DNA of 64,000 bases, from contig OZ243938.1 in NCBI GenBank assembly GCA_965214095.1, positions 1,952,001 through 2,016,000 of the forward strand, given 5' to 3'. This document shows positions 30,877-41,418 of this stretch, piece after piece. Numbering within the stretch: the stretch's first letter is position 1; each line of letters opens with the position of its first letter. A model generated the notes under the pieces. That model saw only the letters and a program-made list of their open reading frames with translations, was not told the DNA's origin and did not search any database. The translations under genes and the position numbers were made by a program. This stretch comes from Candidatus Poribacteria bacterium. GTDB taxonomy: Bacteria > Poribacteria > WGA-4E > WGA-3G.

Positions 30877-31805
30877 TCGTCACTGGAGGTAATAAAGACC
30901 CGTCGGATCAGACGCAACTTTGGAACAGGGATTATATTTTCAACTTTATATCCTAAATCCTCCAGTTGTTGAGATAGATCACGAGTATCAATAAATGCTG
31001 CTTTTGGGGAGCATGTTCGTAGGTTAGTAAGGATTTCTGCAGTTGCGACAGTGTCCTTAACAAGACTTATACCGTAAGGTAAATCTGTGGCAACTGCATC
31101 AAATTTGCCATCTATAATTCGTGCGTCTTCTAATCGGACATCAGCCTTGAGGCCATAATGCTGAAGGTTTTTCGTTGTAGCACCTATCATGCGCGGATTG
31201 ATATCCGTACCTGTTGCCCGAATGCCGTAATGGGCTGCAGACATTACGATTGTTCCTGTACCGCAACATGGATCCAGAATATGTTCTCCGGGTGAAGCAA
31301 CCAAATTGACAAGGGTAAGGGCTAACCTTGCAGGAAGTGAACTGGAAGTGACATAGGGTCGTTGATTAAATTCTTGCCACATTCCATCAGATTCTGAGAG
31401 GACACGGCCGAACCATATTTTATCTGAAGTTACAACGGTAAGAAAGACAATTTTCGGAGATGAAAGGTTCGGTTTGCCTCCGATGAAGCTGCCAATTTTT
31501 CGTGCCAATGCCATTGAGTCAACATCAAGAGAACGGGGTTTTTTCACTACAGAGACCCGAAAATCATCCGCATATAAATCAGCGGAACGGAGATACACAC
31601 AGAGTTCGTTGATGCTTGTAGTTTCAGATAGGATTTCGGTGCAATTTTTAAGGTGAGCACCCCGTCGTGCATCCACACATATATCTGATATTGTTATGCC
31701 GTGTGCATCCGGTGCAGCACCTGTCAACGCAACTGACTCAGCAGAAACCAGTTCTGATTGTTGAAACGGAATTGCCATGAGGTAAAGGTATTTCTTAGTT
31801 GACAT
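30870..31805 (-). CDS. TRM11/UPF0020-like SAM-dependent RNA methyltransferase
   Basis: LDPCCGTGT, TDLPYG. Confidence 0.8.
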   Translation of the reverse strand: MSTKKYLYLMAIPFQQSELVSAESVALTGAAPDAHGITISDICVDARRGAHLKNCTEILSETTSINELCVYLRSADLYADDFRVSVVKKPRSLDVDSMALARKIGSFIGGKPNLSSPKIVFLTVVTSDKIWFGRVLSESDGMWQEFNQRPYVTSSSLPARLALTLVNLVASPGEHILDPCCGTGTIVMSAAHYGIRATGTDINPRMIGATTKNLQHYGLKADVRLEDARIIDGKFDAVATDLPYGISLVKDTVATAEILTNLRTCSPKAAFIDTRDLSQQLEDLGYKVENIIPVPKLRLIRRVFITSSDDQ

Positions 31806-31858
31806 TAGTTTATGATACCACAAACAAATAAAAACAACAATAATAGTAGGAGAACAGA

Positions 31859-32695
31859 ATGACAGAAACAGAGATAATTAGAATTGGACATAGTCCAGAT
31901 TCTGATGATGCCTTCATGTTTTACGCACTTGCGAAGGGACATATTGAGGCAGCACCGTATAAGATTGTGCATGTGATTGAAGACATAGAGACATTGAATA
32001 AACGCGCATTGGCTGCTGAGCTTGAAGTAACGGCTATATCCGTTCATGCGTATGCCTATGTTTCAAACAATTATGCCCTTATGCCTTGTGGAGCGAGTAT
32101 CGGAGATAACTATGGTCCTCTTGTCGTTTCAAAATCACCGATAGATAGTCTTCAAGGTAAACGAGTTGCAATTCCAGGGGAAATGACCACTGCATATTTG
32201 ACAATGAAACTTTATCAACCTGATGTTCAAACCAGAACATACCAATTTGATAAGATTATTGAAGCGGTGCAGGATGAAGAGGTTGACGCTGGTCTCATCA
32301 TCCATGAAGGTCAACTTACTTATGCCCGCGAAGGTCTCCACAAAATAGTTGACTTAGGTGAATGGTGGTATGAGGAAACTGGTTTACCACTACCTCTCGG
32401 GGCAAACGTAATACGTCGTAATCTCGGTTCAGAAAAAATCCGTGCTATCACCTCTCTCCTGAAGCAAAGCATTCAATATTCACTTGACCATCGTGAACGT
32501 GGACTTGAATATGCGATGACTTATGCAAGGGATATGGAAACGGAACTCGCTGATAAGTTCGTTGGCATGTATGTAAATGATTACACTTTGGACTATGGAG
32601 AAAGTGGCAGAAAAGCCGTGCAAGAATTGCTCAACCGTGGACACGATGCTGGTGTGATTGCACACAAAGTGGATCCTGACTTTGTAATTCTGTAA
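31859..32695 (+). CDS. mqnD: 1,4-dihydroxy-6-naphthoate synthase (futalosine menaquinone pathway)
   Basis: HSPDSDDAFMF, DIETLN, IIHEG, TGLPLPLG, MYVN. Confidence 0.88.
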   Translation: MTETEIIRIGHSPDSDDAFMFYALAKGHIEAAPYKIVHVIEDIETLNKRALAAELEVTAISVHAYAYVSNNYALMPCGASIGDNYGPLVVSKSPIDSLQGKRVAIPGEMTTAYLTMKLYQPDVQTRTYQFDKIIEAVQDEEVDAGLIIHEGQLTYAREGLHKIVDLGEWWYEETGLPLPLGANVIRRNLGSEKIRAITSLLKQSIQYSLDHRERGLEYAMTYARDMETELADKFVGMYVNDYTLDYGESGRKAVQELLNRGHDAGVIAHKVDPDFVIL

Positions 32696-32751
32696 GGTAT
32701 GCGTTGTAGTCCTGACAGATATTTACCAACCCATCATACAAAGGTGCAGTT

Positions 32752-32955
32752 ATGGACGAAAAACGCCGTAGAAGTTTTCAGTTAGAAGATGACAAAGGTA
32801 ATAAACTCGCCACTGGGGTAATCTATGATGAGGGGAATGTCCAAGTGCTGTGGCGAGTTGATTGTGGGTATACGGCTGAACAATATGCATCTCTCAACCC
32901 GATTTTAGATTTGATGCCTGGTGTGTTTGTGTTGCGGCTCATTGATTCGGAATAA
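32752..32955 (+). CDS. Small hypothetical protein
   Basis: 67 aa ORF with AAGGTG SD. Confidence 0.55.
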   Translation: MDEKRRRSFQLEDDKGNKLATGVIYDEGNVQVLWRVDCGYTAEQYASLNPILDLMPGVFVLRLIDSE

Positions 32956-32956
32956 A

Positions 32957-33838
32957 CTAACGCAACCGACTATCTGCTAATTTAATAATCTGTCCGTTTT
33001 CCTGAGAGATATACATATAACCGAGTCCATCTAACGTGACACCTTCTTGGTCTTTTCCCGGTAATAGATATTTATGCAGCATGCTACCATCGCGTTTTAG
33101 TTCAACCAATAGATTTGTCGTATCACTAATTAGCACAAGCGAATCTGCTTGTACATCGTACGTAAGACCGGAAATATCAACAAAATCCATTTCAAAGAAA
33201 CGGATGATAGTGCAGTCGGACACTTTATCATCTGATGCGTTAAGAGGTACTTCTACTTCACAGACGACTGAACGTTCACCACTCGGTTTAAGATTAAAGG
33301 TTTGATTACCGATCCAAAAAGTGCCTCCATTTGGATGAGATTTATCTGGGACAAAAGCGATCGCCTCCACACCCATTCCACCTTCCTTCAGGAGCGGCTT
33401 TCCATCAAAAATACGGTTGATTTTAAATTCTCTCCGTATAGCAAGTGTTTCAGGATTTATCTCCAATATCACTTCCTCATCTTCAACCACAACATACAGT
33501 CGTCCGGTTGTCGGGTGCGTTGTAATCCCTTCAAAGTCACGTTCTTTATAATCTTTCATTTTGATAGCCGTTCCATCGGGATGGATTTCATGAATAAATC
33601 CACCATCGTCTGCAACAAACAGTGTTTTTCGCAGCGGATGATAGGTAATTCCAGAAGGTTCAGTGATCGGTGTTTTGTTAATATTGCCTATCCAGGTATA
33701 CGGTAGTTCAACTGCAACAACAGATGCTCTTTGCCTTCTATCGGTATCCTCCATCCTCATCAGAAAGTAAAAAATCAACGCACTGATACCCAAAAAACAT
33801 AGTAGTACAATTATTCTGTAATAGCGCATCGGTGCCAC
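32957..33838 (-). CDS. SdiA-regulated-domain beta-propeller protein
   Basis: EPSGITY, DFEGIT, DQEGVTLD repeats; N-terminal TM. Confidence 0.75.
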   Translation of the reverse strand: MAPMRYYRIIVLLCFLGISALIFYFLMRMEDTDRRQRASVVAVELPYTWIGNINKTPITEPSGITYHPLRKTLFVADDGGFIHEIHPDGTAIKMKDYKERDFEGITTHPTTGRLYVVVEDEEVILEINPETLAIRREFKINRIFDGKPLLKEGGMGVEAIAFVPDKSHPNGGTFWIGNQTFNLKPSGERSVVCEVEVPLNASDDKVSDCTIIRFFEMDFVDISGLTYDVQADSLVLISDTTNLLVELKRDGSMLHKYLLPGKDQEGVTLDGLGYMYISQENGQIIKLADSRLR

Positions 33839-34007
33839 CTTTTGCCAAGTTATTGGAAATATTTGAACAGGAGACTATTGGATTCCGATGTTGATTGAAT
33901 ATGCGAAACCTTACGCATAATAGTGAGATACATAAACTCCTAATTGTAAAACTATCATATTCTTGTGTAAGTGTCAAGTGCAAAAGACAGTTGTATTCTC
34001 TTTTTCC

Positions 34008-34036
34008 TTGACAATACCTTAAATCAATGATATAAT
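34008..34036 (+). promoter_or_regulatory. Consensus sigma70 promoter
   Basis: TTGACA-17-TATAAT with an extended -10 TG. Confidence 0.75.
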
Positions 34037-34093
34037 AATTTACCAATGACCCGATACATATAGATATTATGACTTTCAGCGAAGGGCAACACC

Positions 34094-35512
34094 ATGTCGA
34101 GCAGACCAAGGTTAGTTGTTGAAGTCTTTGAACACGTCAACTATCACGGACGCAAGATAACACTTATTGATTCTGTACCAAATACCATTGAAATTGGTGC
34201 CCAAGATGTAATATCTTCTGTTAAGATATATAAGGGCCCGAGTTTCAATGCGTCTCCTAACTACAAAGCGATATTTCATGAACATGCAAGTTTTGCAGGT
34301 AGACGTTTAGTTTTAGCACCAGGCTTCTATCCGAACGTTCATGAAATTCCGTATAATTTTGGTGACGTAATTTCGTCAATAAGTTTTAGTCCTGCTGCAC
34401 ATCCGACTCCACCAGAATATGGTGCGGTTCCTATCATCATGGAAGTGTTTCGCGACATAGATTTCAGCGGTAACAAAAGTGTTGTGCTACGTGATGTCAG
34501 TTCGATGTTTGAGATTGGCATGAACGACGTTATATCCTCTATTCGTATTCAACGCGGACCGAATTTTCCGTTCAATGGATGCCGTATCATCTTATATGAA
34601 CATGTGAATTTTGAAGGTCGTAGGTTTGATATTGTCCTTGATTCACGGCAATTCCAACATAACATCAGGAATCTTCGTTCATTACCGAACTCACAATCTT
34701 TTTCTGATATTATATCTTCCATCAAGATAGTACCATTAGGTGTTTTTCGTGTTTTAATTGTTGTTAGTGATAATCTAACAGGGGAACCCGCCGTTTTGGA
34801 GTCTCTTACCACACTTGAAGGGTTAAGATTTCAATTTACAACAGTCAAGATAAACGACAATCCCGACAACCGAGGCGATCCAAAAAATGCTATAAAACTA
34901 TCTCACATTGTGCTGTCAAATTACGATATCATCTGGTTTACATGGAATGGACCGGGACACGATGGAGAGTATTATGTTGAAGATGCTGATGAAGACATCA
35001 GAGACTTCGTCCGTCAAGGCGGTATTGTGTGGGCATCTGCGATGGATAACAACATTGTACCAGCAGATGGTGTGCATCATCCTGAACCGGTCTGGAGAGG
35101 GGATTGGCTACCAGTGGACCGCCACCCAATTACTGTAACCAACTCCAACGATTCAAACGTAAATATTACAGAGGACGGTAATAGAACCGGTATGTTTACA
35201 TGGCCACATAAAGTTGATGTTGACAATTTAGTGACTGATGACCATTGGGTTACAAATGACCCAAGTTATAAGAAATTAGCTGTCAGAGAGGACAATGCGG
35301 ATGCTGTCAGTATTGTGTTGCCTTGGGGTGAAGGGTATTACGTTGGGTTTGCCATAGATACTCGGGATGCACATCGCACAGCAGTCGCCAAACCTCTCAT
35401 TGAAAATAGTCTCTGTTATTTAGCAAACCTTGCGTGGCAGACCTCTCCACGCCAACCTTTGAAGGGACGTCAGAGGACAAACGAAAATATTGAAATTATG
35501 TTTCAATCATAA
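34094..35512 (+). CDS. Beta/gamma-crystallin domain protein with C-terminal GATase-like domain
   Basis: Four FEHxxFxG ... DVISS Greek-key motifs; no signal peptide. Confidence 0.75.
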   Translation: MSSRPRLVVEVFEHVNYHGRKITLIDSVPNTIEIGAQDVISSVKIYKGPSFNASPNYKAIFHEHASFAGRRLVLAPGFYPNVHEIPYNFGDVISSISFSPAAHPTPPEYGAVPIIMEVFRDIDFSGNKSVVLRDVSSMFEIGMNDVISSIRIQRGPNFPFNGCRIILYEHVNFEGRRFDIVLDSRQFQHNIRNLRSLPNSQSFSDIISSIKIVPLGVFRVLIVVSDNLTGEPAVLESLTTLEGLRFQFTTVKINDNPDNRGDPKNAIKLSHIVLSNYDIIWFTWNGPGHDGEYYVEDADEDIRDFVRQGGIVWASAMDNNIVPADGVHHPEPVWRGDWLPVDRHPITVTNSNDSNVNITEDGNRTGMFTWPHKVDVDNLVTDDHWVTNDPSYKKLAVREDNADAVSIVLPWGEGYYVGFAIDTRDAHRTAVAKPLIENSLCYLANLAWQTSPRQPLKGRQRTNENIEIMFQS

Positions 35513-35549
35513 CTGTAGTTGAAAGTGTGTTTTACCATAGGAGAGATTC

Positions 35550-37619
35550 ATGCGTCTCATTATTGCTGTAATTGTTTTTATTATTGTTGCAACTGTCATC
35601 GGTTATTACGCGTATACGATACTGAATTTAGGTGCTGCCAATGACCAAACAGCTGCATTGCGATGGATGGGTTTTATTGCAATCGTTATTATCTGCGGTT
35701 TAGCAGCTGTTATAGGTTCTGTTATACGGTATCGGAAACCAAAATCTGATATTGCGTTAGTCAGAACTGGGGGTGCCAAGGAAAAGATCGTAGTAACAAG
35801 CGGTCTCTGGGTCAACACCATTATCCATGAAGTCAAAGAAATGTCACTGAACACCATGCGACTTGAAGTACTTCGCGAGCAATCCGATTCCTTAATTACA
35901 GTTGATTTCAACCGCGCAGATGTTGAGGTCGTATTTTATATTAAAGTCACACCTGATGAGGATGTGAATAATATTGATATATTAAAAGCTGCACAAGCAC
36001 TCGGTGATAAATCATTGACTCCAGAAACAGTCCGAGAGTTGATTGAACCCATGTTAGACGGTGCTTTAAGGAGTGTTGCTGCAGAAAGTGAAATTCAAGA
36101 CTTACTACAAAAGAGACAGGAGTTCGCTGAGAAAGTAAAAGACGCTTGTGGGGGCGATCTAAAACTTCATAACGGTTTGACACTTGATACCGTGTCCATC
36201 GTGCGTGTTGATCAAACACCGATAAGCACATTGGATCCCACCAACAGGTTTGATGCTGTTGGTATACGTGCAATCACAGAAATTACAGCAGATGCGGAAC
36301 GAGAAAAAGAACGTATTGAACAAGAAAAAGAGGTCGCAGTCGTAAAAATACATGTTGAAGCGGATCTCCAAAAATTTGAACAAGAGCAAGACAGAGCATG
36401 GGGTGAATCTGATCAACAGAAAAACATTGCAATCTATGCTGCTGACCGTGAAGCTGAGACGATAAAGTTCCAATATGAGATGGATCAGAGCATTCAAGAG
36501 CGCGAATATGAGATGAAACTTGAGGTAGAACGCGCTCGTATCGCTCAGGAAGAGGGTATACAATTAAGAGAAATTGAACAAGAATTAGCTGTGCAGACTG
36601 ATAAAATCGCTCAAGAACAACAGGTTGAACAACGGGAAATTGAGAAAAACGTTATCGTTGAAACAGCACAGATTGAACAAACCAAAGTCGTTCAACTTGC
36701 AGAGATACAACAACATCTCACTGTCCAATTGGATAAAATCAGTCAGGAACAAGATATTGCAGTTCGTGAAGTTGAAAAAGAGCTCTTCGTTGAAAAAGCC
36801 AAGATTGCGCAAGAAGAGGGTGTACAGTTACGAGATGTTGAACGAGAATTGACTGTCCAAGTCGCCAAGTTAGCACAAGAACAACAGGTACAACAACGAG
36901 AAATTGAGAAGAACCTTGTCGTTGAAACCGCACAGATTGATCAGAACAAGTATGTTGAACTCACCGAAATTGCCAAGATGTTGACGGTTGAACAATCTCG
37001 GATCAACCAAGAACTCCGTGTTGCTATCACCGATGAAGATAGGAAAATAGATGTTGCCAACAAACAACAGCTTACCGCTCTTGCTGAGAAAGAAAAACTT
37101 GTTGCTGAAGCAGAACGCATGGGAGCTGAGGTTGAAGTTACGGCAACTGAAAAGACGAAAGAAGCAGAATGGCAGCGTGATGTAGCAATCATCGGTGCAG
37201 AAGCACAAGCGCAACCGATTGAACGTCTCGCCGATGCGGTGCTTTCCGAAGCCCGGGCGAAAGCACAAGGTGAAATGGCTGAATACGAAGCACGGAATGT
37301 CGCTGAACAACGTGTTCTCGTTCAAGAAGCTATCCTTGAACTGATTGATGAAGCCCCAGATATTGTTGAACAGATGATGCGTCCTGTTGAGAAAATTGAT
37401 AATATCAAGATTCTTGATATGGGTGGCAATGATGGACAAGGTGGTGTTAACCGAAGCAGCATGGGACGGCTCGCAAATGCTCTGCTTGACACAGGTGTAA
37501 TTTCTCCAATGTTAAAGGAACTCTTTAACTTTGCTGATGTAGATGCAGAACAGATAACTGACAAAATTGCTGAATACCTTGCGGATCTTGTGAACCGCCC
37601 AAACAATCCAAATGCATAA
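35550..37619 (+). CDS. Flotillin/SPFH (YqiK-like) protein with extended coiled coil
   Basis: Two N-terminal TM segments, ALVRTG, NRFDAVG, PVEKIDNIKILD. Confidence 0.85.
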   Translation: MRLIIAVIVFIIVATVIGYYAYTILNLGAANDQTAALRWMGFIAIVIICGLAAVIGSVIRYRKPKSDIALVRTGGAKEKIVVTSGLWVNTIIHEVKEMSLNTMRLEVLREQSDSLITVDFNRADVEVVFYIKVTPDEDVNNIDILKAAQALGDKSLTPETVRELIEPMLDGALRSVAAESEIQDLLQKRQEFAEKVKDACGGDLKLHNGLTLDTVSIVRVDQTPISTLDPTNRFDAVGIRAITEITADAEREKERIEQEKEVAVVKIHVEADLQKFEQEQDRAWGESDQQKNIAIYAADREAETIKFQYEMDQSIQEREYEMKLEVERARIAQEEGIQLREIEQELAVQTDKIAQEQQVEQREIEKNVIVETAQIEQTKVVQLAEIQQHLTVQLDKISQEQDIAVREVEKELFVEKAKIAQEEGVQLRDVERELTVQVAKLAQEQQVQQREIEKNLVVETAQIDQNKYVELTEIAKMLTVEQSRINQELRVAITDEDRKIDVANKQQLTALAEKEKLVAEAERMGAEVEVTATEKTKEAEWQRDVAIIGAEAQAQPIERLADAVLSEARAKAQGEMAEYEARNVAEQRVLVQEAILELIDEAPDIVEQMMRPVEKIDNIKILDMGGNDGQGGVNRSSMGRLANALLDTGVISPMLKELFNFADVDAEQITDKIAEYLADLVNRPNNPNA

Positions 37620-37726
37620 TCTAGGGATAATACGGTTTTAGGTTCGTTCATATACAACAGATATTCTCTTACCTACACATTCAATGTGTCTTCTTAACGG
37701 ACAAATGCAAAGAAAATCAATAAGTC

Positions 37727-39064
37727 ATGCGACATCAGAGACATCCTACAAGACAAAGACGTATCAAAACACAAAGGTGCCGTACATGCAGTTCTAATAA
37801 TGGAAAGCGCGCATGTCCGGCACTTGGCAACCTGATTATTTGCCCTGAGTGTTGTAGCGCAAAACGTGCTAAGATCCCAGGTTGCGATAATCGTTGCAGA
37901 TACTACAGTCCACTCATCGTCAGTAGCAGAAGAGGGGCACGTCCCGAATATCCGTTACATATATGTCTTGTGAGTCATTCTAAAGACACAGGCATGCTCA
38001 TTGTTGTTGGTACACGGAAACGACCCGATGGCAATATAAAGGCAATGTTTCTTCTGCTTGACCTTTGGAAGAAAGGTATCAGAGACTGTTTCTACGATGC
38101 CAATCTGACAGAAAAACAATTTCAACGGGCATGCCAACGTTTCGGAAATAGTTTTGCTGAACCAGACCATGCTATCCCTGAAGATGAAGATGCGAAAAAA
38201 AAGGAAGAAGAACGCGAACGAGAACGAGATGAGAAAGAAAAGAAACCAGAATTTATTCGTCTTCCAAGAAACACTCTTATTGTTGAAGCAGAAACTGCTT
38301 TACATTTTGATAATGGTGTCAACATCGTTGAAGACGAAGAAGCTTCCAACAAAAGAGCAATTGACAGTGCAAGAAATGCCCGCGCTATTTATGACGTTTA
38401 TATTCCAAAAACAGGGAAATGGTATGTGTGGATACGCACCTTCTATAAATCTGGTAGTCAGGATTCATATTGGGTCGGCATTGATGATGCTGAACCGAAT
38501 CCGTGGGATGAAAAAGGTGGACCAAATGCAATCAAAATTTGGTCTGTACCTGGCGATGACTCAAAATGGAATCGTTGGATATGGGATACATCTACAGACC
38601 CAGACGGAAAGTCTGCTCCCGGTTATTTTCGAATTAAACGTAAAGGCTACTATCGGCTCTGGTCTAAGGGTAGAGAACCAGGGACACGGTTAGATCAAAT
38701 TTTATTGACCCGTTCGCGTCGGTTTAATCCACAAAATGCCACTGAAGGCAACACTGTACCTGTCTTTACTATACCCCACCCATATAAACCTGCAACCTTT
38801 GATGAATGCAGAAAATTAATCCATCATGCAGTGGAAATCTCGAAAGCGATTGAAACAGAGTTTCCGTGGGAATTCAAATACTGGCTTGATGACATCTGGG
38901 GAGACATCAGACAATTCCCTAAACATGAAGGTTCGCTCTACAAGTGCCATAAATGTGAGGAGAACCTACCGGACCAGGCCGTGGATCTTATCAAACAACA
39001 CGCACATTCCGATGACATCCAATTTTACATCTTGTGCAGGAAATGTGGTGGTGAGTTTGATTAA
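37727..39064 (+). CDS. Cys-rich hypothetical protein with internal carbohydrate-binding-like module
   Basis: N-terminal Cys cluster; EAE...YVWIR...DSYWV...REPGTRLDQI module; C-terminal CxxC...CxxC. Confidence 0.6.
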   Translation: MRHQRHPTRQRRIKTQRCRTCSSNNGKRACPALGNLIICPECCSAKRAKIPGCDNRCRYYSPLIVSSRRGARPEYPLHICLVSHSKDTGMLIVVGTRKRPDGNIKAMFLLLDLWKKGIRDCFYDANLTEKQFQRACQRFGNSFAEPDHAIPEDEDAKKKEEERERERDEKEKKPEFIRLPRNTLIVEAETALHFDNGVNIVEDEEASNKRAIDSARNARAIYDVYIPKTGKWYVWIRTFYKSGSQDSYWVGIDDAEPNPWDEKGGPNAIKIWSVPGDDSKWNRWIWDTSTDPDGKSAPGYFRIKRKGYYRLWSKGREPGTRLDQILLTRSRRFNPQNATEGNTVPVFTIPHPYKPATFDECRKLIHHAVEISKAIETEFPWEFKYWLDDIWGDIRQFPKHEGSLYKCHKCEENLPDQAVDLIKQHAHSDDIQFYILCRKCGGEFD

Positions 39065-41225
39065 TAGACATTCTGTTTCAGTCCTTTTCTGTTTGGGCTG
39101 TCTCCTTGCACTTACACCCCTATCATTTGCAGCCCCACCCAGTCCATATTTGTTTTTTGACATTGATCCTGTCACAGGAGAAATGAAGCCAAAACCTGGT
39201 ACTGAACAGCGTTCTGGTTCAGGTCTTTCAAAATATCAACAAGCATTGGATGGATGTTGCTTTGCCAAACCACAGAGCATTGTGCAACCTGATGGTATTG
39301 AATATGTCCTCGCCATAAAAATTGACTTCAGTGACCAACCAGGACAACGTACAAGTACAGAGTTTAACGAATACCTATTTGCTGAAGAAGGAGTCTCCCT
39401 AAAAACATACTTCCGTGAAAACTCTTACGGACAGATGGATGTGCAACCGGGTCCGGCAGGAGGTGTGCTACCTGCTGCTAACACTTGGGTACGTGCCAAG
39501 AATCCGATGACATATTACGGTGAAGGTCTAAGAATCGTTCCGCGGTATCGGGAACTCATTGCAGAAGCGTGCCATGGGGTTGATGCGACTGTTGATTTTT
39601 CAAAGTATGACCGTGATAAAGACGGAATCGTTGATCATCTATTTTTAATACATGCCGGCAACGATGAAGCGACCTCAGGTGAGGAAAATGATATTTGGTC
39701 AATTCTAACACCAAGTGTCAATGTTGTTGTTGACGGTGTTAGAGTTGATACAGCGGTTGTTGTCGGAGAGGAACCTGGTTTTGATAAACCCCACTTAGGT
39801 ATCTACTTCCATGAATTCTTTCACGACTTCGGTGCCCCTGATGTTTATGGATTGAACATTACAGATGCTCGTGATCATAAGTGGGGATTGATGGGACAAT
39901 TCGGACCTTTTCAAGGTGAAGTGGTAGGCAATGTTGGCAACGGACTGGCACCAAGTCATATCATGGGTTACCTGAAATGGGATTTTGATGCACGTCCAGA
40001 AAATGGCAGACTTGGATGGATTGAACCGGTTAATATCACACGTTCTGGACAGGTATCCGTTCCGAGTTTTGAACTATCGCCCAAAACAAACAAACTCTTC
40101 AAAATCGATATTCCACTTACTCGGGAATCACGGACAACCTTTGGTGATGATTTCCAACTACCAAATACGGTTCTTAACAGAGAGTTTTTCCTGATTGAAA
40201 ACCGAAATAAGACCTCTGGTGCGACTTTTGATACCTATCTACCCGAATCAGGTATCCTTATTTGGCACATTGATGAGACGCGGGTACGCACGGTCGGAAG
40301 TTATGATGCTGCTCAACAGATTTGGTTGGAAGACCCTAATGACCCTGAACATTTCGGAATTAGTCCTGATGACCCAGGATTTATTGACATTAATACGATT
40401 ACTGATGGTGCAGCCTATTCCGCTGATGACGACCAAACAGCATTTACCCCCGGCACTCTACCTAACAGCAGTGATAACAATGGTAAATCTTCTGGTATAT
40501 CTATCACAAATATCGGTCCAGAAGGGTTAATCATGACCATGTTAGTATCTTTTGGCGATACCTATGAACCGAACAACACTATAGACACGGCATTTCCAAT
40601 CTACTACAGTGAGGATTACTATTCGTTCCTATACGATGCTTCGGATACACAGGATTATTATCAAGTACAAGCTGCGGGTGGAAAAACAATTCGAATAACA
40701 CTGACAGATACTCCCGAAGATAAGAACTATCGTTTATCGCTCTTAACTGCCTCTGGTGAAGTATTAGCAATTGGCGAAAAAGCTCCTGAAGAGCTCGGAT
40801 ATCAAATTCTTTACCAACCTGCGACACAACAAACGTTGTTTCTCTTAGTATCATCAGATGGTGGATATAGCAGTGTTGCATCATATAAGTTATCTGTTGA
40901 ACAGCTTGAACCTGAAGCATTTGCTGTTGTAGAAACCCGTGTATTTCCCAACCCCTTCCGACCTACAACATCAAAAATGACGTTTGATTATCAACTTTCT
41001 GTATCACAGTCCGCAGAAACTGTATCCCTCGATCTTTTTACTGTTAATGGAAAGAAGGTCTATAAAGAAGAACACCAAGAGGTGGTTGGTGTGGGACAGT
41101 TTATTTGGAATGGTACAAACCAAAATGGTAACCTGCTCGCACCCGGTATCTATATCTACCAGATTACTGCGACACAGGATGATTTGGTTTCCAGAGACAT
41201 CGGGAAGATCATTATTCTCAGATAG
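39048..41225 (+). CDS. M6 (immune inhibitor A-like) metalloprotease with PPC-like and FlgD-Ig C-terminal domains
   Basis: HEFFHDFGAPD, YFRENSYG, GILIWHIDE, VFPNPF...WNG...GIYIY. Start moved to GTG 39048, ahead of the signal peptide. Confidence 0.85.
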   Translation: MVSLINRHSVSVLFCLGCLLALTPLSFAAPPSPYLFFDIDPVTGEMKPKPGTEQRSGSGLSKYQQALDGCCFAKPQSIVQPDGIEYVLAIKIDFSDQPGQRTSTEFNEYLFAEEGVSLKTYFRENSYGQMDVQPGPAGGVLPAANTWVRAKNPMTYYGEGLRIVPRYRELIAEACHGVDATVDFSKYDRDKDGIVDHLFLIHAGNDEATSGEENDIWSILTPSVNVVVDGVRVDTAVVVGEEPGFDKPHLGIYFHEFFHDFGAPDVYGLNITDARDHKWGLMGQFGPFQGEVVGNVGNGLAPSHIMGYLKWDFDARPENGRLGWIEPVNITRSGQVSVPSFELSPKTNKLFKIDIPLTRESRTTFGDDFQLPNTVLNREFFLIENRNKTSGATFDTYLPESGILIWHIDETRVRTVGSYDAAQQIWLEDPNDPEHFGISPDDPGFIDINTITDGAAYSADDDQTAFTPGTLPNSSDNNGKSSGISITNIGPEGLIMTMLVSFGDTYEPNNTIDTAFPIYYSEDYYSFLYDASDTQDYYQVQAAGGKTIRITLTDTPEDKNYRLSLLTASGEVLAIGEKAPEELGYQILYQPATQQTLFLLVSSDGGYSSVASYKLSVEQLEPEAFAVVETRVFPNPFRPTTSKMTFDYQLSVSQSAETVSLDLFTVNGKKVYKEEHQEVVGVGQFIWNGTNQNGNLLAPGIYIYQITATQDDLVSRDIGKIIILR

Positions 41226-41246
41226 GCTAAGTTGATTTTTAGGTGT

Positions 41247-41363
41247 TATACCATTTCTATAAATGTTTATCCCATTAACAATTTGTTAAGAATGTCTTGT
41301 AGGATGGCACAAACTGGCAGTTTGTGCTACAAAAATGCGGCGTTCTCTATTAGAAATGGTATT
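41247..41363. mobile_element. MITE-like element TACCATTTCTA...TAGAAATGGTA with core GCACAAACTGGCAGTTTGTGCTAC
   Basis: 11-bp TIR; homologous, interrupted copy at 59531-59748. Confidence 0.7.
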
Positions 41364-41418
41364 ATCATCAAACGAGACTTATTCACACAGTAGTAGGTTA
41401 TACCTAAACGATGGATAT

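Noticed and set aside
38826-39047. Long overlap of the M6 protease ORF with the upstream gene
   Set aside because: The signal peptide begins after about 39048, so the earlier start is an ORF-caller artefact. The same applies to hpt at 50225.
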